Shown here piece after piece: positions 47,801 to 60,000 of a DNA stretch of 64,000 nucleotides; positions within the stretch are counted from its first letter, which is position 1, and each line of letters starts with the position of its first letter. The notes beneath the pieces are model-generated. The model searched no databases. It worked only from the letters and a program-made list of their open reading frames with translations, and was not told the origin of the DNA. The position numbers were made by a program, and so were the translations under genes. The DNA is from Eledone cirrhosa. Taxonomy: Eukaryota. The stretch spans positions 127,968,001-128,032,000 of the forward strand of contig OZ024744.1 in the NCBI GenBank assembly GCA_964016885.1, written 5' to 3'.

Positions 47801-50346
47801 GTTGGGGTTAAGTTAAGTTGGTGTTAAGTAAAGTTGGGCTTAAGTTAAGTTGGGTTTGAGTTAAGTTGGGGCTAAGTTAAGTTAGGGCTAAGTTAAGTTG
47901 GGGTTAAGTTAAGTTGGGGCTAGGTTAAGTTGGGTCTAAGTTAAGTTGGGGTTAAGTTAAGTTGGGGTTAAATTAAGTTGGGGTTAAATTAAGTTGGGGT
48001 TAAGTTAAGTTGGGGTTAAGCTAAGTTGGGGTTAAGTTAATTTGCGGTTAAGTTAGGTTGTGGGTTAAGTTAAGTTGGGGGTAAGTTAAGTTGGGGGTAA
48101 GTTAAGTTGGGGTTAATTTAAGTTGGGGTTAAGTTAAGTTGGGGTTAAGTTAAGTTGGGGTTAAGTTAAGTTGGGGTTAAGTTAAGTTGGCGTTAATTTA
48201 ACTTGGGGTAAAGTTAAGTTGGGGTTAAGTTAAGTTGGGGTTAAGTTAAGTTGGGGTTAAGTCAAGTTGGGGTTAAGTCAAGTTGGGGTTAAGTTAAGTT
48301 GGGGTTAAGTTAAGTTGGGGGTAAGTTAAGTTGGGTGTAACTTAAGTTGGGGTTAAGGTAAAATGTGGTTAAGTTCAGTTGGGGTTAAGTTAAGTTGGGG
48401 TTAAGTTAAGTTGGGGGTAAGTTAAGTTGGGGGCAAGTTAAGTTGGGGTTAAGTTAAGTTGGGGTTAAGTTAAGTTGGGGTTAAGTTAAGTTGGGGTTAA
48501 GTTAAGTTAGGATTAATTTCAGTTGGGGTTATGTTAAGTTGGGGTTAAGTTAAGTTGGGGTTAAGTTAAAGTTGGGGTTAAGTTAAGTTGGGGTAAAGTT
48601 AAGTTAGGGTTAAGTTGAGTTGGGGTTAAGTTAAGTTGGGGTTAAATTAAGTTGGGGTTAAGTTAAGTTGGGGTTAAGTTAAGTTGGGGTTAAATTAAGT
48701 TGGGGTTAAGTTAAGTTGGGGTTAGTTAAGTTGGGGTTAAGTTAAGTTGGGGTTAAGTTAAGTTGGGGTTAAGTTAAGTTGGCGTTAAGTTAAGTTGGCG
48801 TTAAGTTAAGTTGGGGTTAAGTTAAGTTGGGGTTAAATTAAGTTGGGGTTAAGTTAAGTTGGGGTTAATTTAAGTTGGGGTTAAGTTAAGTTGGGGTTAA
48901 GTTAAGTTAGAGTTAAGTCAAGTTGGGGTTAAGTCAAGTTGCGGTTAAGTCAAGTTGGGGTTAAGTCAAGTTGGGGTTAAGTTAAGTTGGGGTTAAGTTA
49001 AGTTGGGGTTAACTTAAGTTGGGGTTAAGTTGGGGTTAAGTTAAGTTGGGGTTAAATTAAGTTGGGGGTTAGTTAAGTTGGGGCAAGTTAAGTTGGGGTT
49101 AATTTAAGTTGGGGTTAAGTTAAGTTGGGGTTATGTTAAGTTGGGGTTAAGTTAAGTTGGGGTTAAGTTAAGTTGGGGGTAAGTTAAGTTGGGGTTAAGT
49201 TAAGTTGGGGGTAAGTTAAGTTGAGGGTAAGTTAAGTTGGGGTTAAGTTAAGTTGGGGTTAAATTAAGTTGAGGTTAAGTTAAGTTGGGGTTAAGTTAAG
49301 TTGGGGGTAAGATAAGTTGGGGGTAAGATAAGTTGGGGCTAAGTTAAGTTGGGGCTAAGTCAAGTTGGGGTTAATTCAAGTTGAGGTTAACTTAAGTTGG
49401 GGTTAAGTTAAGTTGGGGTTAAGTTAAGTTGGGGTTAAGGTAAGTTGGGGTTATATTAAGTTGGGGCTATGTTAAGTTGGGGCTAAGTTAAGTTGGGGCT
49501 GAGTTAAGTTGGGGTTAAGTTAAGTTGGGGTTGTGTTAAGTTGGGGTTAAGTTAAGTTGGGATTAAGTTAAGTTGGGGTTAAGTTAAGTTCGGCTTGAGT
49601 TAAGTTGGGGTTAAGTTAAGTTGGGGTTAATTTAAGTTGGGGTTAAGTTAAGTTGGGGTTAAGATAAGTTGGGGTTAAGTTAAGTTGGGGTTAAGTTAAG
49701 TTGGGGTTGAGTTAATTTGGGGTTAAGTTAAGTTGGGGTTAACTTAAGTTGGGGTTAAGTTGGGGTTGAGTTAAGTTGGGGGTAGGTTAAGTTGGGGGCA
49801 AGTTTAGTTGGGGTTAAGTTAAGTTGGGGTTACGTTAAGTTGGGCGTAAGTTAAGTCGGGGTTAAGTTAAGTTTGGGTTAAGTTAAGTTGGGTTTAAGTT
49901 AAGTTGGGGCTAAGTTAAGTTGGAGCTAAGTTAAGTTGGGGCTGAGTTAAGTTGGGGGTAAGTTAAGTTGGGGTTAAGTTAAGTTGGGGTTCAGTTCAGT
50001 TGGGGTTAAGTTAAGCTGGGGTTAAGTTAAGTTGGGGTTAAGTTAAGTTGGGGTTAAGTTAAGTTGGGGTTAAGTTAAGTTGGGGTTGAGTTAAGTTGGG
50101 GTTGAGTTAAGTTGGGGTTAAGTTAAGTTGGGGTTAAGTTAAGTTGGGGTTAAGTTAAGTTGGGGTTAAGTTAAGTTGGGGGTAAGTTAAGTTGGGGTTA
50201 AGTTAAGTTAGGGTTAATTTCAGTTGGGGTTATGTTAAGTTGGGGTTAAGTTAAGTTGGGGTTAAGTTAAAGTTGGGGTTAAGTTAAGTTGGGGTAAAGT
50301 TAAGTTAGGGTTAAGTTAAGTTGGGGTTAAGTTAAGTTGGGGTTAA
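33348..50346 (+). repeat. 8,484-bp tandem duplication, near-identical copies (junction within ~41832-41862)
   Basis: The offset is a constant 8484 for every marker checked: GGTG 33387/41871, AAAATGTGG 34008/42492 and 39876/48360, GGGACT 35175/43659, AGCT 36361/44845, GGTGC 37192/45676, AGCC 38839/47323, TTAGGA 40023/48507. Confidence 0.92.
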
Positions 50347-53300
50347 ATTAAGTTGGGGTTAAGTTAAGTTGGGGTTAAGTTAAGTTGGGGTTAAGTTAAG
50401 TTGGGGGTAAGTTAAGTTGGGGTTAAGTTAAGTTAGGGTTAATTTCAGTTGGGGTTATGTTAAGTTGGGGTTAAGTTAAGTTGGGGTTAAGTTAAAGTTG
50501 GGGTTAAGTTAAGTTGGGGTAAAGTTAAGTTAGGGTTAAGTTAAGTTGGGGTTAAGTTAAGTTGGGGTTAAATTAAGTTGGGGTTAAGTTAAGTTGGGGT
50601 TAAGTTAAGTTGGGGTTAAATTAAGTTGGGGTTCAGTTAAGTTGGGGTTAAATTAAGTTGGGGTTAAGTTAAGTTGGGGTTAGCTAAGTTGGGGTTAAGT
50701 TAAGTTGGGGTTAAGTTAAGTTGGGGTTAAGTTAAGCTGGGGTTAAATTAAGTTGGGGTTAAGTTAAGTTGGGGTTAAGTTAAGTTGGGGTTAAGTTAAG
50801 TTAGGGTTAATTTCAGTTGGGGTTATGTTAAGTTGGGGTTAAGTTAAGTTGGGGTTAAGTTAAAGTTGGGGTTAAGTTAAGTTGGCGTAAAGTTAAGTTA
50901 GGGTTAAGTTAAGTTGGGGTTAAGTTAAGTTGGGGTTAAATTAAGTTGGGGTTAAGTTAAGTTGGGGTTAAGTTAAGTTGGGGTTAAATTAAGTTGGGGT
51001 TCAGTTAAGTTGGGGTTAAATTAAGTTGGGGTTAAGTTAAGTTGGGGTTAGTTAAGTTGGGGTTAAGTTAAGTTGGCGTTAAGTTAAGTTGGGGTTAAGT
51101 TAAGTTGGCGTTAAGTTAAGTTGGGGTTAAGTTAAGTTGGGGTTAAGTTAAGTTGGGGTTAAGTTAAGTTGGGGTTAATTTAAGTTGGGGTTAAGTTAAG
51201 TTGGGGTTAAGTTAAGTTGGAGTTAAGTCAAGTTGGTGTTAAATCAAGTTGGGGTTAAGTCAAGTTGGGGTTAAGTCAAGTTGGGGTTAAGTTAAGTTGG
51301 GGTTAAGTTAAGTTGGGGTTAAGTTAAGTTGGGGGTAAGTTAAGTTGGGTGTAAGTTAAGTTGGGGTAAGTTAAGTTGGGGTTCAGTTCAGTTGGGGTTA
51401 AGTTAAGTTGGGGTTAAGTTAAGCTGGGGGTAAGTTAAGTTGGGGTTAAGTTAAGTTGGGGTTAAGTTAAGTTGGGGTTAAGTTAAGTTGGGGTTCAGTT
51501 AAGTTGGGGTTAAGTTAATTTGGGGCTGAGTTAAGTTGGGGTTAAGTTAAGTTCGGGTTGAGTTAAGTTGGGGTTAAGTTAAGTTGGGGTTAAGTTAAGT
51601 TGGGGTTAAGTTAAGTTGGGGTTAAGATAAGTTGGGGTTAAGTTAAGTTGGGGTTAATTTAAGTTGGGGTTGAGTTAATTTGGGTTTAAGTTAAGTTGGC
51701 CTTAACTTAAGTTGGGGTTAAGTTAAGTTGGGGGTAAGTTAAGTTGGGGGCAAGTTAAGTTGGGGTTAATTTAAGTTGGGGTTAAGTTAAGTTGGGGTTA
51801 AGTTAAGTTGGGGGTAAGTTAAGTTGAGGTTAAGTTAAGTTGGGGTTAAGTTAAGTTGAGGGTAAGTTAAGTTGGGGGTAAGTTAAGTTGGGGTTAAGTT
51901 AAGTTGGGGTTAAATTAAGTTGAGGTTAAGTTAATTTGGGGTTAAGTTAAGTTGGGGTTAAGTTAAGTTGGGGGTAAGATAAGTTGGGGCTAAGTTAAGT
52001 TGGGGCTAAGTCAAGTTGGGGTTAAGTCAAGTTGGGGTTAAGTCAAGTTGAGGTTAACTTAAGTTGGGGTTAAGTTAAGTTGGGGTTAAGTTAAGTTGGG
52101 GTTAACGTAAGTTGGGGTTGAGTTAAGTTGGGGCTAAGTTAAGTTGGGGCTAAGTTAAGTTGGGGCTGAGTTAAGTTGGGGTTAAGTTGGGGTTGAGTTA
52201 AGTTGGGGTTAAGTTAAGTTGGGATTAAGTTAAGTTGGGGTTAAGTTAAGTTCGGGTTGAGTTAAGTTGGGGTTAAGTTAAGTTGGGGTTAATTTAAGTT
52301 GGGGTTAAGTTAAGTTGGGGTTAAGATAAGTTGGGGTTAAGTTAAGTTGGGGTTAAGTTAAGTTGGGGTTGAGTTAATTTGGGGTTAAGTTAAGTTGGGG
52401 TTAACTTAAGTTGGGGTTAAGTTAAGTTGGGGTTAACTTAAGTTTGGGGTAAGTTAAGTCGGGGTTAATTTAAGTTGGGGTTAAGTTAAGTTGGGTTTAA
52501 GTTAAGTTGGGGCTAAGTTAAGTTGGGGCTAAGTTAAATTGGGGCTGAGTTAAGTTGGGGGTAAGTTAAGTTGGGTGTAAGTTAAGTTGGGGTTAAGTTA
52601 AGTTGGGGTTAAGTTAAGCTGGGGTTAAGTTAAGTTGGGGTTAAGTTAAGTTGGGGTTAAGTTAAGTTGGGGTTGAGTTAAGTTGGGGTTGAGTTAAGTT
52701 GGGGTTAATTTAAGTTGGGGTTAAGTTAAGTTGGGGTTAAGTTAAGTTGGGGTTAAGTTAAGTTGGGGGTAAGTTAAGTTGGGGGCAAATTAAGTTGGGG
52801 TTAAGTTAAGTTGGGGTTAAGTTAAGTTGGGGTTAAGTTAAGTTAGGGTTAATTTCAGTTGGGGTTAAGTTAAGTTGGGGTTAAGTTAAGTTAGGGTTAA
52901 TTTAAGTTGGGGTTATGTTAAGTTGGGGTTAAGTTAAGTTGGGGTTAAGTTAAGTTGGTGTTAAGTAAAGTTGGGGTTAAGTTAAGTTGTGGGTTAAGTT
53001 AAGTTGGGGTTAAGTTAAGTTGGGGTTAAGTTAAGTTGGTGTTAAGTAAAGTTGGGCTTAAGTTAAGTTGGGTTTGAGTTAAGTTGGGGCTAAGTTAAGT
53101 TAGGGCTAAGTTAAGTTGGGGTTAAGTTAAGTTGGGGCTAGGTTAAGTTGGGTCTAAGTTAAGTGGGGTTAAGTTAAGTTGGGGTTAAGTTAAGTTGGGG
53201 TTAAATTAAGTTGGGGTTAAGTTAAATTGGGGTTAAGCTAAGTTGGGGTTAAGTTAATTTGCGGTTAAGTTAGGTTGTGGGTTAAGTTAAGTTGGGGGTA

Positions 53301-56300
53301 AGTTAAGTTGGGGGTAAGTTAAGTTGGGGTTAATTTAAGTTGGGGTTAAGTTAAGTTGGGGTTAAGTTAAGTTGGGGTTAAGTTAAGTTGGCGTTAAGTT
53401 AACTTGGGGTAAAGTTAAGTTGGGGTTAAGTTAAGTTGGGGTTAAGTTAAGTTGGGGTTAAGTTAAGTTGGGGTTAAGTCAAGTTGGGGTTAAGTCAAGT
53501 TGGGGTTAATTCAAGTTGGGGTTAAGTTAAGTTGGGGTTAAGTTAAGTTGGGGGTAAGTTAAGTTGGGTGTAAGTTAAGTTGGGGTTAAGTTAAAATGTG
53601 GTTAAGTTCAGTTGGGGTTAAGTTAAGTTGGGGTTAAATTAAGTTGGGGGTAAGTTAAGTTGGGGGCAAGTTAAGTTGGGGTTAAGTTAAGTTGGGGTTA
53701 AGTTAAGTTGGGGTTAAGTTAAGTTGGGGTCAAGTTAAGTTGGGGTTAAGTTAAGTTAGGATTAATTTCAGTTGGGGTTATGTTAAGTTGGGGTTAAGTT
53801 AAGTTGGGGTTAATTTAAAGTTGGGGTTAAGTTAAGTTGGGGTAAAGTTAAGTTAGGGTTAAGTTAAGTTGGGGTTAAGTTAAGTTGGGGTTAAATTAAG
53901 TTGGGGTTAAGTTAAGTTGGGGTTAAGTTAAGTTGGGGTTAAATTAAGTTGGGGTTCAGTTAAGTTGGGTTTAAATTAAGTTGGGGTTAAGTTAAGTTGG
54001 GGTTAGTTAAGTTGGGGTTAAGTTAAGTTGGGGTTAAGTTAAGTTGGGGTTAAGTTAAGTTGGGGTTAAGTTAAGTTGGCGTTAAGTTAAGTTGGGGTTA
54101 AGTTAAGTTGGGGTTAAATTAAGTTGGGGTTAAGTTAAGTTGGGGTTAATTTAAGTTGGGGTTAAGTTAAGTTGGGGTTAAGTTAAGTTGGAGTTAAGTC
54201 AAGTTGGGGTTAAGTCAAGTTGCGGTTAAGTCAAGTTGGGGTTAAGTCAAGTTGGGGTTCAGTTAAGTTGGGGTTAAGTTAAGTTGGGGTTAAGTTAAGT
54301 TGGGGGTAAGTTAAGTTGGGTGTAAGTTAAGTTGGGGTTAAGTTAAGTTGGGGTTCAGTTCAGTTGGGGTTAAGTTGGGGTTAAGTTAAGCTGGGGGTAA
54401 GTTAAGTTGGGGTTAAGTTAAGTTGGGGTTAAGTTAAGTTGGGGTTAAGTTAAGTTGGGTTTAAGTTAAGTTGGAGTTAAGTTAAGTTGGAGTTAAGTTA
54501 AGTTGGGGTTAAGCTAAGTTGGGGTTAAGCTAAGTTGGGGTTAAGTTAATTTGGGGCTGAGTTAAGTTGGGGTTAAGTTAAGTTCGGGTTGAGTTAAGTT
54601 GGGGTTAAGTTAAGTTGGGGTTAAGTTAAGTTGGGGTTAAGTTAAGTTGGGGTTAAGATAAGTTGGGGTTAAGTTAAGTTGGGGTTAATTTAAGTTGGGG
54701 TTGAGTTAATTTGGGTTTAAGTTAAGTTGGGCTTAACTTTAGTTGGGGTTAAGTTGGGGTTAAGTTAAGTTGGGGTTAAGTTAAGTTGGGGGTAAGTTAA
54801 GTTGGGGGCAAGTTAAGTTGGGGTTAATTTAAGTTGGGGTTAAGTTAAGTTGGGGTTATGTTAAGTCGGGGTTAAGTTAAGTTGGGGGTAACTTAAGTTG
54901 GGGTTAAGTTAATTTGGGGGTAAGTTAAGTTGGGGTTAAGTTAAGTTGGGGGTAAGTTAAGTTGAGGGTAAGTTAAGTTGGGGTTAAGTTAAGTTGGGGT
55001 TAAATTAAGTTGAGGTTAAGTTAAGTTGGGGTTAAGTTAAGTTGGGGGTAAGATAAGTTGGGGGTAAGATAAGTTGGGGCTAAGTTAACTTGGGGCTAAG
55101 TCAAGTTGGGGTTAATTCAAGTTGAGGTTAACTTAAGTTGGGGTTAAGTTAAGTTGGGGTTAAGTTAAGTTGGGGTTAAGGTAAGTTGGGGTTATGTTAA
55201 GTTGGGGCTAAGTTAAGTTGGGGCTAAGTTAAGTTGGGGCTGAGTTAAGTTGGGGTTAAGTTAAGTTGGGGTTGAGTTAAGTTGGGGTTAAGTTAAGTTG
55301 GGATTAAGTTAAGTTGGGGTTAAGTTAAGTTCGGCTTGAGTTAAGTTGGGGTTAAGTTAAGTTGGGGTTAAGTTAAGTTGGGGTTAATTTAAGTTGGGGT
55401 TAAGTTAAGTTGGGGTTAAGATAAGTTGGGATTAAGTTAAGTTGGGGTTAAGTTAAGTTCGGCTTGAGTTAAGTTGGGGTTAAGTTAAGTTGGGGTTAAT
55501 TTAAGTTGGGGTTAAGTTAAGTTGGGGTTAAGATAAGTTGGGGTTAAGTTAAGTTGGGGTTAACTTAAGTTGGGGTTAAGTTGGGGTTAAGTTAAGTTGG
55601 GGGTAGGTTAAGTTGGGGGCAAGTTAAGTTGGGGTTAAGTTAAGTTGGGGTTAAGTTAAGTTGGGGGTAAGTTAAGTCGGGGTTAAGTTAAGTTGGGGTT
55701 AATTTAAGTTGAGGTTAAGTTAAGTTGGGGTTAAGGTAAGTTGGGGTTAAGTTAATTTGCGGTTAAGTTAGGTTGTGGGTTAAGTTAAGTTGGGGTTAAG
55801 TTAAGCTGGGGTTAAGTTGGGGTAAGTTAAGTTGGGGGTAAGTTAAGTTGGGGTTAAGTTAAGTTGGGGTTAAGTTAAGTTGGGGTTAAGTTAAGTTGGG
55901 GTTAAGTTAAGTTGGGGTTGAGTTAAGTTGGGGTTGAGTTAAGTTGGGGTTAAGTTAAGTTGGGGTTAAGTTAAGTTGGGGTTAAGTTAAGTTGGGGTTA
56001 AGTTAAGCTGGGGTTAAGTTGGGGTAAGTTAAGTTGGGGGTAAGTTAAGTTGGGGTAAAGTTAAGTTGGGGTTAAGGTAAGTTGGGGTTATGTTAAGTTG
56101 GGGCTAAGTTAAGTTGGGGCTAAATCAAGTTGGGGTTAAGTCAAGTTGAGGTTAACTTAAGTTGGGGCTAAGTTAAGTTGGGGTTAAGTTAAGTTGGGGT
56201 TAAGTTAAGTTGGGGTTAAGGTAAGTTGGGGTTATGTTAAGTTGGGGCTAAGTTAAGTTGGGGCTAAGTTAAGTTAGGGCTGAGTTAAGTTGGGGTTAAG

Positions 56301-57076
56301 TTAAGTTGGGGTTGAGTTAAGTTGGGGTTAAGTTAAGTTGGGATTAAGTTAAGTTGGGGTTAAGTTAAGTTGGAGTTAAGATAAGTTGGGGTTAAGTTAA
56401 GTTGGGGTTAAGTTAAGTTGGGGTTGAGTTAATTTGGGGTTAAGTTAAGTTGGGGTTAACTTAAGTTGGGGTTAAGTTGGGGTTAAGTTAAGTTGGGGGT
56501 AGGTTAAGTTGGGGGCAAGTTAAGTTGGGGTTAAGTTAAGTTGGGGTTAAGTTAAGTTGGGTTTAAGTTAAGTTGGGGCTAAGTTAAGTTGGGGCTAAGT
56601 TAAGTTGGGGCTGAGTTAAGTTGGGTGTAAGTTAAGTTGGGGTTCAGGTCAGTTGGGGTTAAGTTAAGTTGGGGTTAAGTTAAGTTGGGGTTAAGTTAAG
56701 TTGGGGTTAAGTTAAGTTGGGGTTAAGTTAAGTTGGGGTTGAGTTAAGTTGGGGTTGAGTTAAGTTGGGGTTAAGTTAAGTTGGGGTTAAGTTAAGTTGG
56801 GGTTAAGTTAAGTTGGGGGTAAGTTAAGTTGGGGGTAAGTTAAGTTGGGGGCAAGTTAAGTTGGGGTTAAGTTAAGTTGGGGTTAAGTTAAGTTGGGGTT
56901 AAGTTAAGTTAGGGTTAATTTCAGTTGGGGTTAAGTTAAGTTGGGGTTAAGTTAAGTTAGGGTTAATTTAAGTTGGGGTTATGTTAAGTTGGGGTTAAGT
57001 TAAGTTGGGGTTAAGTTAAGTTGGTGTTAAGTAAAGTTGGGGTTAAGTTAAGTTGTGGGTTAAGTTAAGTTGGGGT

Positions 57077-60000
57077 TAAGTTAAGTTGGGGTTAAGTTAA
57101 GTTGGTGTTAAGTAAAGTTGGGCTTAAGTTAAGTTGGGTTTGAGTTAAGTTGGGGCTAAGTTAAGTTAGGGCTAAGTTAAGTTGGGGTTAAGTTAAGTTG
57201 GGGCTAGGTTAAGTTGGGTCTAATTTAAGTTGGGGTTAAGTTAAGTTGGGGTTAAGTTAAGTTGGGGTTAAATTAAGTTGGGGTTAAGTTAAGTTGGGCT
57301 TAAGCTAAGTTGGGGTTAAGTAAAGTAGGGGTTAAGTTAAGTTGTGGGTTAAGTTAAGTTGGGGTTAAGTTAAGTTGGGGTTAAGTTAAGTTGGGGTTAA
57401 GTTAAGTTGGGGTTAAGTTAAGCTGGGGTTAAGTTGGGGTAAGTTAAGTTGGGGTTAAGTTAAGTTGGGGTTAAGTTAAGTTGGGGTTAAGTTAAGTTGG
57501 GGTTAAGTTAAGTTGGGGTTGAGTTAAGTTGGGGTTGAGTTAAGTTGGGGTTAAGTTAAGTTGGGGTTAAGTTAAGTTGGGGTTAAGTTAAGTTGGGGTT
57601 AAGTTAAGTTGGGGTTAAGTTAAGTTGGGGGTAAGTTAAGATGGGGGCAAGTTAAGTTGGGGTTAAGTTAAGTTGGGGTTAAGTTAAGTTGGGGTTAAGT
57701 TAAGTTGGGGTTAAGTTAAGTTGGGGTTAAGTTAAGTTAGGGTTAATTTCAGTTGGGGTTATGTTAAGTTGGGGTTAAGTTAAGTTGGGGTTAAGTTAAA
57801 GTTGGGGTTAAGTTAAGTTGGGGTAAAGTTAAGTTGGGGTTAAGTTAAGTTGGGGTTAAATTAAGTTGGGGTTCAGTTAAGTTGGGGTTAAATTAAGTTG
57901 GGGTTAAGTTAAGTTGGGGTTAGTTAAGTTGGGGTTAAGTTAAGTTGGGGTTAAGTTAAGTTGGGGTTAAGTTAAGTTGGGGTTAAGTTAAGTTGGCGTT
58001 AAGTTAAGTTGGGGTTAAGTTAAGTTGGGGTTAAATTAAGTTGGGGTTAAGTTAAGTTGGGGTTAATTTAAGTTGGGGTTAAGTTAAGTTGGGGTTAATT
58101 TAAGTTGGAGTTAAGTCAAGTTGGGGTTAAGTCAAGTTGGGGTTAAGTCAAGTTGGGGTTAAGTCAAGTTGGGGTTAAGTTAAGTTGGGATTAAGTTAAG
58201 TTGGGGTTAAGTTAAGTTGGGGTTAAGATAAGTTGGGGTTAAGTTAAGTTGGGGTTAATTTAAGTTGGGGTTGAGTGAAGTTCGGGTTAAGTTAAGTTCG
58301 GGTTGAGTTAAGTTGGGGTTAAGTTAAGTTGGGGTTAAGTTAAGTTGGGGTTAAGTTAAGTTGGGGTTAAGATAAGTTGGGGTTAAGTTAAGTTGGGGTT
58401 AATTTAAGTTGGGGTTGAGTTAATTTGGGTTTAAGTTAAGTTGGGCTTAACTTAAGTTGGGGTTAAGTTGGGGTTAAGTTAAGTTGGGGTTAAGTTAAGT
58501 TGGGGTTAAGTTAAGTTGGGGGTAAGTTAAGTTGGGGGCAAGTTAGGTTGGGGTTAATTTAAGTTGGGGTTAAGTTAAGTTGGGGTTATGTTAAGTTGGG
58601 GTTAATTTAAGTTGGGGTTAAGTTAAGTTGGGGGTAACTTAAGTTGAGGGTAAGTTAAGTTGAGGGTAAGTTAAGTTGAGGGTAATTTAAGTTGAGGTTA
58701 AGTTAAGTTGGGGTTAAGTTAAGTTGGGGGTAAGTTAAGTTGGGGGTAAGTTAAGTTGGGGTTAAGTTAAGTTGGGGTTAAATTAAGTTGAGGTTAAGTT
58801 AATTTGGGGTTAAGTTAAGTTGGGGTTAAGTTAAGTTGGGGGTAAGATAAGTTGGGGCTAAGTTAAGTTGGGGCTAAGTCAAGTTGGGGTTAAGTCAAGT
58901 TGAGGTTAACTTAAGTTGGGGTTAAGTTAAGTTGGGGTTAAGTTAAGTTGGGTTTAAGGTAAGTTGGGGTTAAGTTAAGTTGGGGCTAAGTTAAGTTGGG
59001 GCTAAGTTAAGTTGGGGCTGAGTTAAGTTGGGGTTAAGTTGGGGTTGAGTTAAGTTGGGGTTAAGTTAAGTTGGGATTAAGTTAAGTTGGGGTTAAGTTA
59101 AGTTCGGGTTGAGTTAAGTTGGGGTTAAGTTAAGTTGGGGTTAATTTAAGTTGGGGTTAAGTTAAGTTGGGGTTAAGATAAGTTGGGGTTAAGTTAAGTT
59201 GGGGTTAAGTTAAGTTGGGGTTGAGTTAATTTGGGTTTAAGTTAAGTTGGGGTTAACTTAAGTTGGGGTTAAGTTAAGTTGGGGTTAAGTTAAGTTGGGG
59301 GTAAGTTAAGTTGGGGGCAAGTTGAGTTGGGGTTAAGTTAAGTTGGGGTTAAGTTAAGGTGGGGGTAAGTTAAGTTGGGGGTAAGTTAAGTTGGGGTTAA
59401 GTTAAGTTGGGGTTAAGTTAAGTTGGGTTTAAGTTAAGTTGGGGCTAAGTCTAGTTGGGGCTAAGTTAAGTTGGGGCTGAGTTAAGTTGGGGTTAAGTTA
59501 AGTTGGGGTTGAGTTAAGTTGGGGTTAACTTAAGTTGGGGTTAAGTTGGGGTTAAGTTAAGTTGGGGTTAAATTAAGTTGGGGGTTAGTTAAGTTGCGGC
59601 AAGTTAAGTTGGGGTTAATTTAAGTTGGGGTTAAGTTAAGTTGGGGTTATGTTAAGTTGGGGTTAAGTTAAGTTGGGGTTAAGTTAAGTTGGGGGTAAGT
59701 TAATTTGGGGCTGAGTTAAGATAGGGTTAAGTTAAGTTCGGGTTGAGTTAAGTTGGGGTTAAGTTAAGTTGGGGTTAAGTTAAGTTGGGATTAAGTTAAG
59801 TTGGGGTTAAGATAAGTTGGGGTTAAGTTAAGTTGGGGTTAATTTAAGTTGGGGTTGAGTTAAGTTCGGGTTAAGTTAAGTTCGGGTTGAGTTAAGTTGG
59901 GGTTAAGTTAAGTTGGGGTTAAGTTAAGTTGGGGTTATGTTAAGTTGGGGTTAATTTAAGTTGGGGTTAAGTTAAGTTGGGGGTAACTTAAGTTGAGGGT

